Below are positions 1 through 13,467 of a stretch of 64,000 nucleotides of DNA, in pieces (the stretch's first letter is position 1; each line of letters starts with the position of its first letter). A program made the position numbers and the translations under genes. This DNA is from the human T2T-CHM13v2.0 reference genome, Homo sapiens. The notes under the pieces are model-generated. The model searched no databases. It worked only from the letters and a program-made list of their open reading frames with translations, and had not been told where the DNA came from. The stretch is taken from NCBI GenBank assembly GCA_009914755.4, contig CP068257.2, positions 25,376,001 to 25,440,000 on the forward strand, given 5' to 3'.

Positions 1-1001
1 CGCTTTATTGCTGGAATGTCAGTCATCTCGTATGTTTATTTCTCATCTCCCTATAGAGTATGGGGTTACTTTTCTGATTGCATCTCCCACTCCCTGCTCA
101 TATCCCTCCCACTCAGCATCATTTTAATCCCTTCTATGGTTTTGATGACACAGTCAAAATGCTTATACCTTATCTTTCCAAAGAAGGTTTCATTCTCCTT
201 CTTGCCCTGGCTTGCTGCTGATTATACAGCTCATCTTGGTGTGTCAAGTAGTAGCTGTATCTCACCAACAAGCTTGGCATCATGGGCTGCAAATGGAGGA
301 AGTGTGCTTTTTGCCTCTCTCTGAAGTTCTGAAACAATTCTTACTTCCTCCTTCCTAAAGTGCCCCCCTTTTCCCCTTTAAATCTCAAGCCTTCAGACTA
401 AACCATTTTCTCTCCTTTCTCGTGCAAGTGCCTACTGATCTCAAAACAAATCCCTTTATTCCCTGATGACATTAGCCCCCAGGTGAACGTCACATGCACC
501 AAAGTATTCCTCTAATAATTTTTGTGAATATCTGTGTAAACCTTTCCTTCGATGGACCTCTTCATGTTTTACTTCCTTTGGAGTTATCTTATTCTCCACC
601 TACGTCAGTCACTACTCGTACAGTCATAGTTAGGTTAACAGCAATTGAAAACCCTCTATACTCTCAATTTCAAGTGTGTCTCCTCCTGACCCTTACTTAC
701 TACCATGCTAACTTATGTCTTTCCGGTAGCCTGACTTCAACAATCTTCTGATCCCCACATAGACTCACAAGCCATTCATCCCATTGCCTTTTCATTGCCC
801 CATGCCCCCTAATGTTAGAGTGATCATATGTTCTGGTTTTCCCAGGAGAGTTTTGGTTTAAACCTGGTAGCTCAGCATAATAATTAACAGTGCTCTAGTT
901 TAGATAATAAATTATGTGGTTACTCTGCCTAATGCTCTCACTTCCCTTCTTATTTGGCCAAAATTCTGTAGACAATTGTTATAAACATAACCTTGTACAG
1001 A

Positions 1002-1436
1002 CAGTTGACCCTTAAACAATGTGGCAGATAAGAGTGCAGACTTCTTGCGCAGTCAAAAATTCATGTATAACTTTTGACTCCTCCAAAACTGAACTACTAA
1101 TAGCCTACTGTTAACTGGAAGCCTTACTAATAACACAAACAGTCAACACGTATTTTGTGTGTTATTTGTATTGTATAACGTATTCTTGCAATTAAGCTAG
1201 AGAAGAGAAAATGTCATTCAGAAAATCATGAAAAAGGGAAAATATACTTACTATTCATTAAGTTTAAGTGGATCATCATAAAGGTCTTTATCCTTATTGT
1301 CGTCAGGTTAAGTAAGCTGAGGAGGAGGATAAGGAGGAGTTGGTCTTGGTATCTGAGAGGTGGAAGAGGCAGAAGAAAATCTCTGTACCAGTGGACCCAT
1401 TTGAAATTCATTTACATGGTCAACTGAACTTTACAA
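1002..1436. mobile_element. Tigger-like (TcMar) non-autonomous DNA transposon / MITE
   Basis: Terminal inverted repeats CAGTTGACCCTTAAACAA at the left end and ATGGTCAACTG at the right end. Internal motifs (GCGCAGTCAAAAATTCATGTATAACTTTTGACTCC, CTACTAATAGCCTACTGTTAAC) match the remembered Tigger2-type consensus. Length about 435 bp. Confidence 0.55.
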
Positions 1437-1517
1437 CTGCCTTGTTCCTCTTCCCCATAATCAATGCTATGCCAAAAGCCCCAAGTCAGGTTAAATTCAA
1501 CTCTGCAAATGTCTTAC

Positions 1518-1546
1518 ATCTGCATCTGCATCTGCATCTCAGTGTG
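1518..1546. repeat. (CATCTG)n microsatellite
   Basis: catctgcatctgcatctgcatctc is read directly from the sequence. Confidence 0.8.
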
Positions 1547-2572
1547 GCTGGAATTAAATAGAATACCATGCTGTCAGACCTCATGTTAAATTTGTGACCT
1601 CTAACTTTTTGCTGTCGAATAATTATACTATATTACCCCAGTTAATTTATTCATCCACTCTCCTAGGTGATCAGTTTATATGTTTAGTTTTTTTCCTCCG
1701 TGAACTTTTAAAACTTCTTAACCTATCTGCATACTGAGCTGATGATCTCGTCTTGTATTTCTCTAAGAAAAGGGAAGCAATCAGAAAATAACTTCCTCAA
1801 ACTTCCACTCCATGGGGAACCTGCATAGCACCAAACCCTCCACCTGGGCACCAGCTCCCACCCAACCCCGGCTATTTGACTCTTCTCTTTTTTTCATATC
1901 CCAGACACAATCTACCTACAAATATTGTCAGTTCTATCTTCAAAATAACCAAAATAATCTCTCTATATTTACTGCTTCTACCTTAATCCAAGCCACTGAC
2001 TTCTCTCAACTAGACAATTGCTTTTGCCGAATAACTGCTTCTGACCCAGAAGTCCTTGCCTATTTGCAGCAGAGTTGTTAAATGATATTGTTAGGATATA
2101 AACTACATCATGTAATTCTTCTTTTCAAATCCTCCTTGTGGTGACCCATCTCATTAGAATAAAGACAAAATTCAACAATGACTTACAAAGGTCTATAAAT
2201 GTCTGGCCTCCTTCCCCATCCCGACTGTTTTTTGCATTGGCTGTTTCCTGCCCTACAAATGTCTTCTTACCTACTCTCAACCCCCACCCCACACTGTCAC
2301 CAGGACTTAACTCAACAGAACACTTTCTCCATGAGGACTCTCTAGTCCACTCTGGTCCAAATGGAAGGACTCCAACCCAAGCCAGGCTCTCCAATCCCTA
2401 GTCCCTACCTTGTTTTTCTCCTTAGGATCTCTTGTCTCTTTTTTTTTATAACCACTTCTTTTATTTAGAGAATTAATATATAGTTACATATTTTACGTAT
2501 ATACATATTCCATTTTTCTGGAATTTTATCCATGACTTTCTAAAAATTCATTGGGAAAAAAACATTATTTTT

Positions 2573-2871
2573 GGCCAGGCGCGGTGACTCATGACTGTAA
2601 TGCCAGCACTTTGGGAGGCCGAGGCAGGTGGATCAAGAGGTCAGGAGATGGAGACCATCCTGGCTAACATGGTGAAACCCCTTACCTACTAAAAATACAA
2701 AAAATTAACCAGGTGTGGTGGCACGCTCCTGTAATCCCAGCTACTCAGAAGGTTGAGGCAGGAGAATAGCCTGAACCTGGGAGGTAGAGGTTGCAGTGAG
2801 CTGAGATCACACAACTGCACCCCAGCATGGGTGACAGAGTGAGACTCCATCTCAAAGAAAAAAAAAAAAAA
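2573..2871 (+). mobile_element. Alu SINE (full length, A-tail)
   Basis: GGCCAGGCGCGGTGACTCATG...GAGACTCCATCTCAAAG followed by poly-A. Classic dimeric Alu. Confidence 0.95.
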
Positions 2872-3411
2872 CCATGTTATTTTTATGAATGCAAAATCTG
2901 ATGGCGTGGTGGTGAGAGACATGGCTGGAAAACTCCCTTTCTTGGTTAGTATCGGTAATATCTTAGACAAATTGTATGGACATTTTGATGTTCAGTTTCC
3001 TTATTATTTTAATGAAGAAAAGACTAAAATTGCACTTTATCTTTTCTTTATTATTTGAGGGTTAAATACAAATGTTCATAAAATACTTATAAAACAAGAT
3101 TATAATTGTTTTATACAATTATACAATTAAAACAAGATTAAATTGATAATAAATTTCTTTAATTAGCTGTTATTATTCCCAGAATTAGATTGGCTGCTAA
3201 TAAATTGAATGATAAGTTCAGCCTATATTATATTTCAACCTTCATCAGGTCTTCACATCCTTTCTGTGAGGTTATCTGATGATGAGTGTAATGGATAAGT
3301 CTAAAATTGTTAGGAAATTGAGGCTTAGCACATTTTTAATTTCACTTTTATTATGGCCCGTGTTGAAATGCAAAATTTCTGTAGGTTTGATGTTTGCTAA
3401 AGGCACTGGGA

Positions 3412-3453
<42 letters not shown>
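3412..3453. repeat. (AC)n microsatellite
   Basis: About 21 perfect AC units. Confidence 0.9.
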
Positions 3454-3456
<3 letters not shown>

Positions 3457-5948
3457 TCCTTATATGACTAATTCAAACACCTTTATTTTAAAACTCTAAG
3501 TCAGCAACAATAAGAATTTTAGGTGGACCCAGTTACAGTTCTCATAATGCTTGGTTGTTCACTTCATCTGAATTTTCAGCAAAGAAAAAGCCAAGTTTAA
3601 AGTGATGAAATATTTAACTCAGAAAGAGTAGTTGTTTGAGCATCTCTGGATTTTTATAAAGCTGGATTCCAAAAGAATGACAGAAAACATGGCTTTATTT
3701 AATGGTTTCTACATAAGAAAACAATAGTATTACAACATTAAGCCTAAAAGAAACCTGTATTATTTCGTATACTTTCTAATTGGGTGAAATCTAAACTTCT
3801 TTGAAATAAAACTTTTATGACAATGCAGGGATGTTAGTAGGTCATTAAGTTTCTCTTGCAGAGAAAAATGAATAATAAAGATTGTTAAAATATTCACCAT
3901 TATATAAAGATAGAGTGAAAAAGGCTTTCCCTTAAATTGTAGAATAAAATCTTTCTGTCCATTAGTGTCTACAATTACAAACATAACTATGCAGTCTTAC
4001 ACACATAAAAACATATTTGTTTTAAATGTTACCTTCAAAATGTCTTATAGTTAGGGTTTGGGAAATGAAAACACTTACATGTATGCATGCACACACACAC
4101 AAACACACAACGCACACAAAAGATTGGTGATGAACCACATTTAAAATAAAACATTCTTGCTGATGAAAAGTGTTTTAAAGAGTAAGTCATTATTGGCTTT
4201 ATCTCTGAAAAGCTCTATTCCATTGCAGTTAATTACTTCTCACTATAGGAGGAGTATTAGAATTGGAAACAGCCTTCAACTCCCACCATCTAAATACCAG
4301 TATAATGTACACCCACCCTTCTGCCAGAACTGATTGTTGCAAAAGGAATAATTTGAACCAGCAATACTTAAGTAAGAAGAACACACACCAATCTGGCCTT
4401 CTTTGTGAATTGCTTAAAACAATAGATTCTTGGCAGAATAACCTACAAAAGTTGCTCTTTACAGCAAGGATTAGTATTAGCCAATATTTCTTCTTAATTT
4501 CTTCAGGATAACCGAAGGGTGGAAATAATGTGAGGATAGGTCAACACTCCAACAGTCTTCAAATTGGCAATTAATATTTTGTGAAATGCCTGCTTTTAAT
4601 TATCAATATCCATATTGGCCAGTTAACAGGTAAAATTCCTTAACTTCTCAAGGAATGCATGCAGACTTAAATCAGCAATTTCTGTTAATAATTTCTCCTT
4701 TGGAAAACCTATACCATATCAAGTGAAGCCTCTCCGCTGTCCCCATCTTGCAAACAGACTTGATTGCTATCATGTCTTGTAAGCAGTTGAAAAGCTATAA
4801 CCGTCAAACCATGCACAACATCATAACTCTGCTTCAACAAATTGGAGGCAAACCAAACTACTACATGCAGTCAGCCTGCTCAGAATTCTCTTCTTCAGAT
4901 GACATGGACTTTTTCACTTTCTGAGGCATGAGCAGCACCAGCCTGGAAAGGCATTGGGAAACATAATTGCACACGAAGCGTGTGCAGGGTAATGAAGCGA
5001 ACGGCCCTGATGCACAAACATTGTGACCGTGCAGGAGCAAATCTCACAGGGAAATGAAAAGACCTTCAAAAGGAAAACTGAGCCAGTCCTGTGACCTGGC
5101 TTTCCTCTTACCCTGGTTTGAAAACTAGCATCAAGGGAGATAATCTCAAAGGCAATAGGTGATGACAACTCAAAATAGCTGGCTGAGTATAGTGACAGCA
5201 AGTGCCAATATATAATTCCCCACCCCTTTCACCACTACCATGCCTGAAGTTCCAGATTCTCTGCTAATGACCAATTCGTTTAAGTTAGGAACAACCCCTC
5301 CTTTCAAACAAAATCTAATCCTGGGACAGTTTAATGAGATTATCAGCCATATATCCTTTATTTGAATTTATTTTATTTTATCAGATTGCTTTCTTTCTAA
5401 TATCTACTTGAAATTTACAGAAACAAGAAAAGAGGAATTTTTAATGAAGGAAAGAGAGAGAAAAGGTCATTTGTAACCAAGAAAACTATGAGAACAACTT
5501 TAATGTCTCTTCAAAGCTTTGGGCTTTGTAAATCAGAAGACAAAAATTAGAATGTGGGCTTCAGACCCTGAAGGATTGGATGCGGAGAAGCAGCCAGAGG
5601 GCTGAACACCAAGATCGCCAAGAGTTTTGCTGAAGACTTCCATTGCTCTCTAACTTATACTTCGGTACTTGTGCAATGAGAAAATGTGCCAACTATCTCA
5701 GTTTATTAATGAAATAGTTATTTTTCTTGGAATAGAATTTAACAAAAATTCATGGTATTTCACATTCGCCCATGTCTATTTTGAAATCTGGCATTGTTTA
5801 TCCTCTTTCCTAGGCTTCTTAAAATTCACCCACCCCAAACAGACACACATTCCCACTTGATCCAGTTAAGGATATAGAAAACAGATTACTGTAATTCTTT
5901 GCTTCTGAAACTCAGACACATGCATCTTCTAGAAAGTATATTAATCTA

Positions 5949-6418
<470 letters not shown>

Positions 6419-7726
6419 TCTTTTTTGCAAGTAATGCAAAACAACATTTTTACATTAAAAGAGATATAGATCTATTTTAGATAGGTTTCAAAATTTACGC
6501 TGTTCTAAACACGTCCAAGAAATTTCCTGCTTCTGTGAATCACTATCATTTACATCTCTAGACCCTCTGTGTGTATTTTTTTTCTGTTTTAAATGTATGT
6601 TTGTGGGAAAGTTTTTAAAGCTCTTTGAATAGCATTCTTTTGGAACTAGTTCTGCCACTTAATAGTTATGTGAACATAGCACATTTCTTCTCTAGTCTAA
6701 ATCTATTTCTTCATCTGGAAATTAAAGACATGGAAATAATACCCTCTCAGTTCCTTTGTGGAGACAGAATTGTAATATTATATGACTACTTTACATCATC
6801 AGTTATGATTGAAAGTGCTGGAGCTCTCAGAGCCACATTTCATGACCCTTGTTTGACAGGAACTTTGCTAACAGATGCAGGGAGGGACAGCCTTTGGAAT
6901 TCCTTGAGGTAATGTTATGTTATACCAAAAATATCTACTAGGGTTTTACAGAAATGCCAAACATTTTCGTAGAGTCTTTGGAATTCCTGTAGAAGGGTTT
7001 TACATAGGAGCCATCATTTTTAGTGTACAAATTTTCTTGTGATTTCATCATGGAACATTTTAGTCTTCCAAATATATTTTTGAGAAACAACTTTGAGAGA
7101 GAATTTTTTTTTCATAAGATAAAGAGCCCTCATTAAGAAGTGTGAAAATTTTCTTAATTTCAATAGAAGAATAATATTCTAAAGTCTCAATATAGATATG
7201 TGAGAATATAGAAAATACTTTTCATTTTGGGACAGGTCATTTATAAAAGGTAATTTATTTGACAATTTCACCATTTTCAATGCCTAAAAAAGATAAGTTT
7301 GGCATGATGCACCACTATCATTTTGTTGCTTTAAAAAATACATTGCTAATTAGACCTTGGAAACAACATTTTTAGAGTTTGTTTTGCAGAGAAACACAGA
7401 TACTCCTTAAGGTGACATGAACACTTGGTAGCAGAATAGAAATAATAGTAATCAATATATTGTTGAGTCTGGACACTCCATGACCCTTAAACTACTAAAG
7501 GACAGTGTTAATGACATCATGGTCAAAGATTCTCATCTACTGTAAACAGGCCAGTTAGCTCAGTAAAGCTCTACACCAGGGCAGATATGATCTTTAAATG
7601 GTGTGTGAAAGAAAACCTCACAACTCAGAATGAGTTATGAGAAAGTGTGTTCATCACATTCTAGTCAGGAAAAACAACTTTTCACCCTAAGATAAAAACA
7701 AAGCAAAATAAGACAAAGCAAACTCT

Positions 7727-8822
7727 TGCGGGAAGTCAGGGACCCCAAATGGAGGGACCAGCTGAAGCCATGGCAGAAGAACGTGGATTGTGAAGATTTC
7801 ATGGACATTTATTAGTTCCCCAAATTAATGCTTTTGTAATTTCCTATGCCTGTCTTTACTGCAGTCTCTAAACATAAGTTGTAAAGATTTCATGGACACT
7901 TATCACTTCCCTAATCAATACCCTTGTGATTTCCTATGCCTGTCTTTAATTTAAGCTCTTAATCCTGTCAGTTGAGGAGGATGTATATCATCTCAGGACC
8001 CTGTAATAATTGCGTTAACTACACAAATTGTACACCATGTGTGTTTGAGCAATATGAAATGTGGGCACCCTGAAAAAAGAACAGGATAACAGCAATTGTT
8101 CGGGGAATAAGAGAGATAACCTTAAACTCTGATCGCCGGTGAGCCGGGCAGAACAGAGCCATATTTCTCTTCTTTCAAAAGCAAATGGGAGAAATATCGC
8201 TGAATTCTTTTTCTCAGCATGGGATATCCCTGAGAAAGAGAATGCGCACCTAGGGGTAGGTCTCTGAACTGGCCCCCCCGCCCGGGGCGTACCTGTCTCT
8301 TATGGTTGAGACTGCAGGGGTGAAATAAACTCCAGTCTCCCATAGCGCTCCCAGGCTTATTAGGAAGAGGAAATTCCCACTTAATAAATTTTGGTCAGAC
8401 TAGTTGATCTCAAAACCCTGTCTCCTGATAAGATGTTATCAATGACAATGGTGCCCAAAACTTCATTAGCAATTTTAATTTCCCCTGTGGTCCTGTAATC
8501 TCACCCTGCCTCCACTTGCCTTGTGATACTCTATTACCCTGTTAAGTACTTGATGTCTGTCACCCACACCTATTCGTATACTCCTTCCCCTTTTGAAAGT
8601 CCCTAATAAAAACTTGCTGGTTTTTGTGGCCTGTGGGGCATCACGGATCCTACCAACGTGTGATGTCTCCCCCGGACTCCCAGCTTTAAAATTTCTCTCT
8701 TTTGTACTCTCTCCCTTTATTTCTCAAGCCAGCCGACACTTAGGAAAATAGAAAAGAACCTACGTGATTATCGGGGCAGGTCTCCCGATAGCAAACAATA
8801 TTTACATTACTTGTAATGGCAA
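7727..8822 (+). mobile_element. ERVK-like (class II) solitary LTR
   Basis: Starts TGCGGGAAGTCAGGGACCCCAAATGGAGGGACCAGCTG. Contains AATAAA-type signals (CCCTAATAAAAACTTGCTGG) and a U5-like CpG-containing segment. Resembles HERV-K (HML) LTR architecture. Subfamily not resolved. Confidence 0.4.
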
Positions 8823-8898
8823 AAATCGCAATTTCTTTTGCACAAACCTAATATAAAGTGTTGTGCTTTCCAGCTCTAGTTCCTCTCAAATGAATGAA

Positions 8899-9402
8899 AC
8901 ATTGGTGGGATTGTTAATTTAAGGCATCAGTTTGATTGAGGTGCCCAGGTATTTAGTCAAACATTATTTCTGGGTGAGTCTGTGCAGGCATTTCTGGATG
9001 AGATTAACAGTTGAATTGGTAGACTAATTAGAGTAGATGGCCCTCCTCAGTGTAGGTGGGACTCATCCAATCCATTGATGGCCTGAAGAGGGTAAAAGGC
9101 TGAGTAAGAAAGAATTCTTTTTCTCTGACATTCTTTAGCTGTGACATCAGTCTTCTCCTGCCTTAGGAGTTGGACTCGAACTCAGACTTGGTTTGAAACT
9201 TTCACTATAATTTCTTTTGGTTCTCAGGGCTTCAGACTCAGTCTAGATCCACAATATTTGCTCTCTTAGGCCTCCAGCTTTCCAACTGCAGATCTTGAAC
9301 TTCTCAGCCTTCATAAGATTATAAGCCAATTCCTTCTGGTGACTATCTATCTATTTGCCTATATTAATAGTCCTGTTTCTTTGGAGAACTCAGAATAATA
9401 CA
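8899..9402 (+). mobile_element. ERVL/MaLR-class solitary LTR (older subfamily; LTR16/LTR33-like)
   Basis: Motifs GGGTGAGTCTGTGCAGGCATTTCTGGATGAGATTAACAGTTGAATTGGTAGACT and GTGGGACTCATCCAATCCATTGATGGCCTGAAGAG. Terminus ...GGAGAACTCAGAATAATACA. Same superfamily as the provirus LTRs at 34318/40987. Confidence 0.45.
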
Positions 9403-10616
9403 CTTGGATCTTACTTGTAAGTTGCTGATTCCCTAACAGAAATAAACTTTATCTGTGCATTTTGCAGTGGTGATATCTAAAGATACATCCGTTGTGCATA
9501 TGATAACCATGAGAGAATATTGCTAGGTTTAACAATGCAAAGATTAATTTATAAACTTAGTGACTTTGTTGATTTTCTATTATAGTTTCTCTTATTCCTC
9601 AGTTTCTTTAAATACATTTTGTGAATTTTGTTTGTTGTCTAATGGTAAGCCAGTCTTTCTGAAACAGACTTTCTTGCAAACCTTTTTTACAATTACGTGT
9701 CTTTTCTTTTGGCCTAAAAGCTTTTCTACCTAAGTCTTTCTTTGTTAGATATATTGCTAATTTTGAGGAAGGAAGTGAAAGAAAATGTGGAAATCAGAAT
9801 AGACAATAAAAAGAGAGCATGTAAATTCAGCTATAGAAGTTAGCAGACATAAAATTTAAAAATATATTACCAATATAAAAAAATGACAAAATGGGGGATG
9901 TAACTATAGAATTGGAAGCTATTTTTAAAAGTACCAAATAGTATTCCTATAATTAAAAAAAAACTAATGCTTAGGAAAGTGTGTAACAAAAATGTGAGTA
10001 AAAATGAAAAGTTATAGCATACATAAAATTGGAGTCACCACAAGAGAAGAACATGAGAATGGGGCAAAAATTATATTTTAAAAAGTAATGATATAGAATT
10101 TTTCAAAACTGATTACAGACCTTGGGCCACAGGTTCAAAAACTTACAAACTTTGAACCAATTTAAATAAATTATGCACATTTACATCATAGTAAAATTAC
10201 TAAAAACCAAGAAAAAAGAAAAATCTTAAAAGCAACCAAAGGGAAATAATGAATTATTCTCAAAAGCAAAAATACCCGTTGATATCTAGCTTTTCAATGG
10301 AAATAATGAAAGACAGAAAACACTGAAATGTCTTCTTTAAGGGTTGAAAAAATATAACTAATAAATCAGAATACTATTTCCAACACGAAATATTTATTTT
10401 AAAAGGATAGCAAAGTAGACATATTTTCAGAAAAACTGAAAAGTTTTTAGCTCTCTATAGTCATGCACTTTCTGTGTCAGCAATAGACCACATGTATGAT
10501 GGTGATCCATGAGATTATAATGGGATCTATGTAATGTAAAACAAAGCATTATAACCTCATGGGATCACCGTCATGCATGTGGTATCATACATGTGATATG
10601 TTTAGCTACACGAATA

Positions 10617-10861
10617 CAGTCGTCCTTCAGTATACTCAGGATTGGTTCTAGGACCTCCACCTATACCCCTATCCCCACATTCTCAAGTCCTCCAGTGGAC
10701 CCTGCAGAACCCATATGTAGGAAAAGGAAAAGCTGGCCTTGCCTATACACGGGTTTTACATCCCGGGAAGCACTATAGTTTCAATCTGAGTTTTGCTGAA
10801 AAAAAAATATGCATATAAGTGGACCTGTCCAGTTCAAACCTATGTTGTTCAAGGGTCAATT
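10617..10861. mobile_element. composite MITE-like DNA transposon fragment nested in old L1
   Basis: Left end CAGTCGTCCTTCAGTATACTCAGGATTGGTTCTAGGACC (MER-type palindromic MITE start). Right end ...GTTGTTCAAGGGTCAATTG (Tigger2-like TIR). Confidence 0.45.
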
Positions 10862-11991
10862 GTGTTTACCATGGTGTTAAAATTGGCTCCAGCATTCAGT
10901 ACAATAACATGCTATACAAGTTTTTTATCCTAGGAGGAATAGGCTGTGCTGTATAACCTAGGTGTATAATAGTCTATACCACTGAAATTTGTACAAGATG
11001 CTCTGATGTTCTCACGACTATGATATCACCTAAACATACATTTCTCAGAATGTTCCCATTATTATGTGACACATGAGTGTATATATAAACACTGCATTCA
11101 ACAATTGCAAAATGCATTATTTTCAAGTGTACATGGAACATGTACCAAAGTAGGTCACTATATGCTGGGCCATAAAGCAATTCCCTACAAGTTTCAAAGG
11201 ATTTGATAATGAAATTAAAGAGAGTATGTTCTGACAAAAATGAAATTAAACTGGAAATAAAAACCACAAAAACAGAAATATAAGTAATAAAATTGAACTT
11301 TAAATGTTAAATATTACATTTGGAAATCATCCATATGTCAAAAAAATCACATGAAAATTAGAAAATATTTTGGACTTTCATAATGTATGTAATATTGTCA
11401 TAAAATATAATGACAATGCATAAAGTCGTCTTTGTTCTAGTAATGTGAGTGATATAAATTAAGGTAATTTACTGAATTAATAAAGGAGAAAAACATATGA
11501 TCATCTGGTTAGGTGCAGAAAAGTATTGACAAAGTCAATATCTGTCTTTTAAAAAATGTCTTGGAAAACTGGTAATAAAGGGAATTTCATTACTCTGATA
11601 AAGAACATTATGTCAGTTTGTTATTCCAGCCTAACATTATCTCAAAACTCAATGACTAAAAATACATATTTATTTCATTTTTGATACTTTGGATTGGCCC
11701 ATGTCGAATGGATTTGCAACTAACAAATAGAAAATAAAATATATAAATAAGATTTTTTAAAATAGCACCAAACATATTTAATGCCTATAAATAAATCAAA
11801 TGAAAGATGTACAAAATCTCAACAAAGAAAATTACAAGACAAATATTACTGAAAGAATAGAAAAGTGCAAACAAATGCAATGATCTACCATGTTTATGGG
11901 TAGAAAGAATTATCACTTAAACATATCAACAACGTCCCTCCCAATAGTAAATACAATACAATATCGCTCAAAATCTCTGCAAGTCTGCAAG

Positions 11992-12026
11992 TGTGTATGT
12001 GTGTGTGTGTGTGTGTGCGCGTGTGA
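11992..12026. repeat. (GT)n microsatellite
   Basis: gtgtgtatgtgtgtgtgtgtgtgtgtgcgcgtgtg. Confidence 0.85.
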
Positions 12027-12861
12027 ATGTATATTAAAAACTGATTCAAAAATGTTTCTGGAAATTCAAGAGGCAAGAATAGCAAAGAAAATTGAGAAGA
12101 ATGAATTTGGAGAACGTACACTACCAAATATCAAGTTTCGTTATAAAACTAAAGTAAAACTGTGTGGTATTGACACAATCAAACAAATAGCATAGTGGGA
12201 AAGCAGGAGGAATACAAAATGATACATTCATAGAAACAAACACACCATTATAACAAAAGTATCAGAACAATGCAGTAATGAAAGGGTCATATTTTCAGTA
12301 TATGATGCTGGATGAATTGGGTGCCTATATGGGGAAAAATAGAACTTGAAATTTTCATTAGATGATGCTGGGTCAATTGGATATCTAAATGAAAGAAAAA
12401 TTGAATTAAATGTTTTGTCATGTCTTACACCATATTTAAAAATTATGTGTAGATGGATTGAAGATTCGAGATGAATTGAAGATCTAAATGTGAAAGGTAA
12501 AACAGTAAAGTATCCTCTCACCTTCAAATTGGGGACTGTGTTCATTGTTACAATGTGGATGAGTCGCTTTATAAATTTGACTGTGAGAAGTCAGATAGGA
12601 CAATGTATACTCTGCGATTTCATTTACAGTATGTCCTTCTTAGTCTCATTGATAGATTCTTGGAAACGGAGACCATAAGCAAAGCAACATATAATAAAAC
12701 CAATATTACCATAGCCTGATTAATATAAAAAAGAGTTAAGTTCCTACAGCATATTTCTCATCTGGAAAACATCACCAAACTCCTCAATAAAGACCCAAAC
12801 ACTTCTAACATTTAACATTGAAATAAATGTGAGCTATACATCCATTTAAGAAAGGGGAAAA

Positions 12862-13167
12862 GGCCGGGCGCGGTGGCTCACGCCTGTAATCCCAGCACTT
12901 TGGGAGGCGGAGGCGGGCAGATCACAAGGTCAGGAGATCGAGACCATCCTGGCTAACACGGTGAAACCTCGTCTCTACTAAAAAATACAAAAAATTAGCC
13001 GGGCGTGGTGGCGGGCGCTTGTAGCCCCAGCTACTCAGGAGGCTGAGGCAGGAGGATGGCATGAACTCGGGAGGTAGAGCTTGCAGTGAGCGGAGATCAC
13101 GCCACTGCACTCCAACCTGGGCAACAGAGCGAGACTCCGTCTCAGAAAAAAAGAAAGAAAAAAAAAA
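12862..13167 (+). mobile_element. Alu SINE (AluY/S-like)
   Basis: GGCCGGGCGCGGTGGCTCACGCCTGTAATCCCAGCACTTTGGGAGGC...GAGACTCCGTCTCAG plus an A-rich tail. CpGs are well preserved, which suggests a young copy. Confidence 0.95.
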
Positions 13168-13432
13168 GGGGAAGAAAAACAAGTAAGATAATTACTAGCC
13201 CAATTTTTGGTGGGTCATTGAGTGATGGCAGTCATAGTAGTGGTGGGTTATGTTAAGGAATAAATGTTTGCAAAGTGAAAATTCTAAGGAGCACTCCCTA
13301 CCTCCACGCAGTTCAAAAACAAGCATTAACACATATGGCAGACTTGCTGAGTGCTTTCAGACCACATCATTGATTGTTATGCATTTGTATGGTAATAGTA
13401 TAAACATTTTTATTTTGCAATAATTTGTATGC

Positions 13433-13467
13433 ATTCATTCATTCATTCATTCATTCATTCATTCCTT
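13433..13467. repeat. (CATT)n, which is an (AATG)n tail on the minus strand
   Basis: Eight perfect CATT units. The run is contiguous with the 3' end (minus strand) of the SINE-like element below. Confidence 0.85.

Larger units (their letters stand above)
9800..12861 (+). mobile_element. ancient L1 (L1M-type) ORF2/3' region, heavily decayed
   Basis: Frame translations give ORF2 RT-like peptides (DHLVRCRKVLTKSISVF..KMSWKTGNKGNFITLIKNIM, similar to [23 protein letters not shown]..LNLIK) and a C-terminal LTPYLKI..IEDLNVKGKT segment. It is interrupted by a MITE at 10617-10861 and an Alu at 12862. Confidence 0.6.

Noticed and set aside
1-840. The first about 840 bp, with several short ORFs (16-324 and 494-751)
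   Set aside because: There are no repeat hallmarks, no domain-like peptides and no splice-site-bounded ORF. Treated as unique non-coding sequence.
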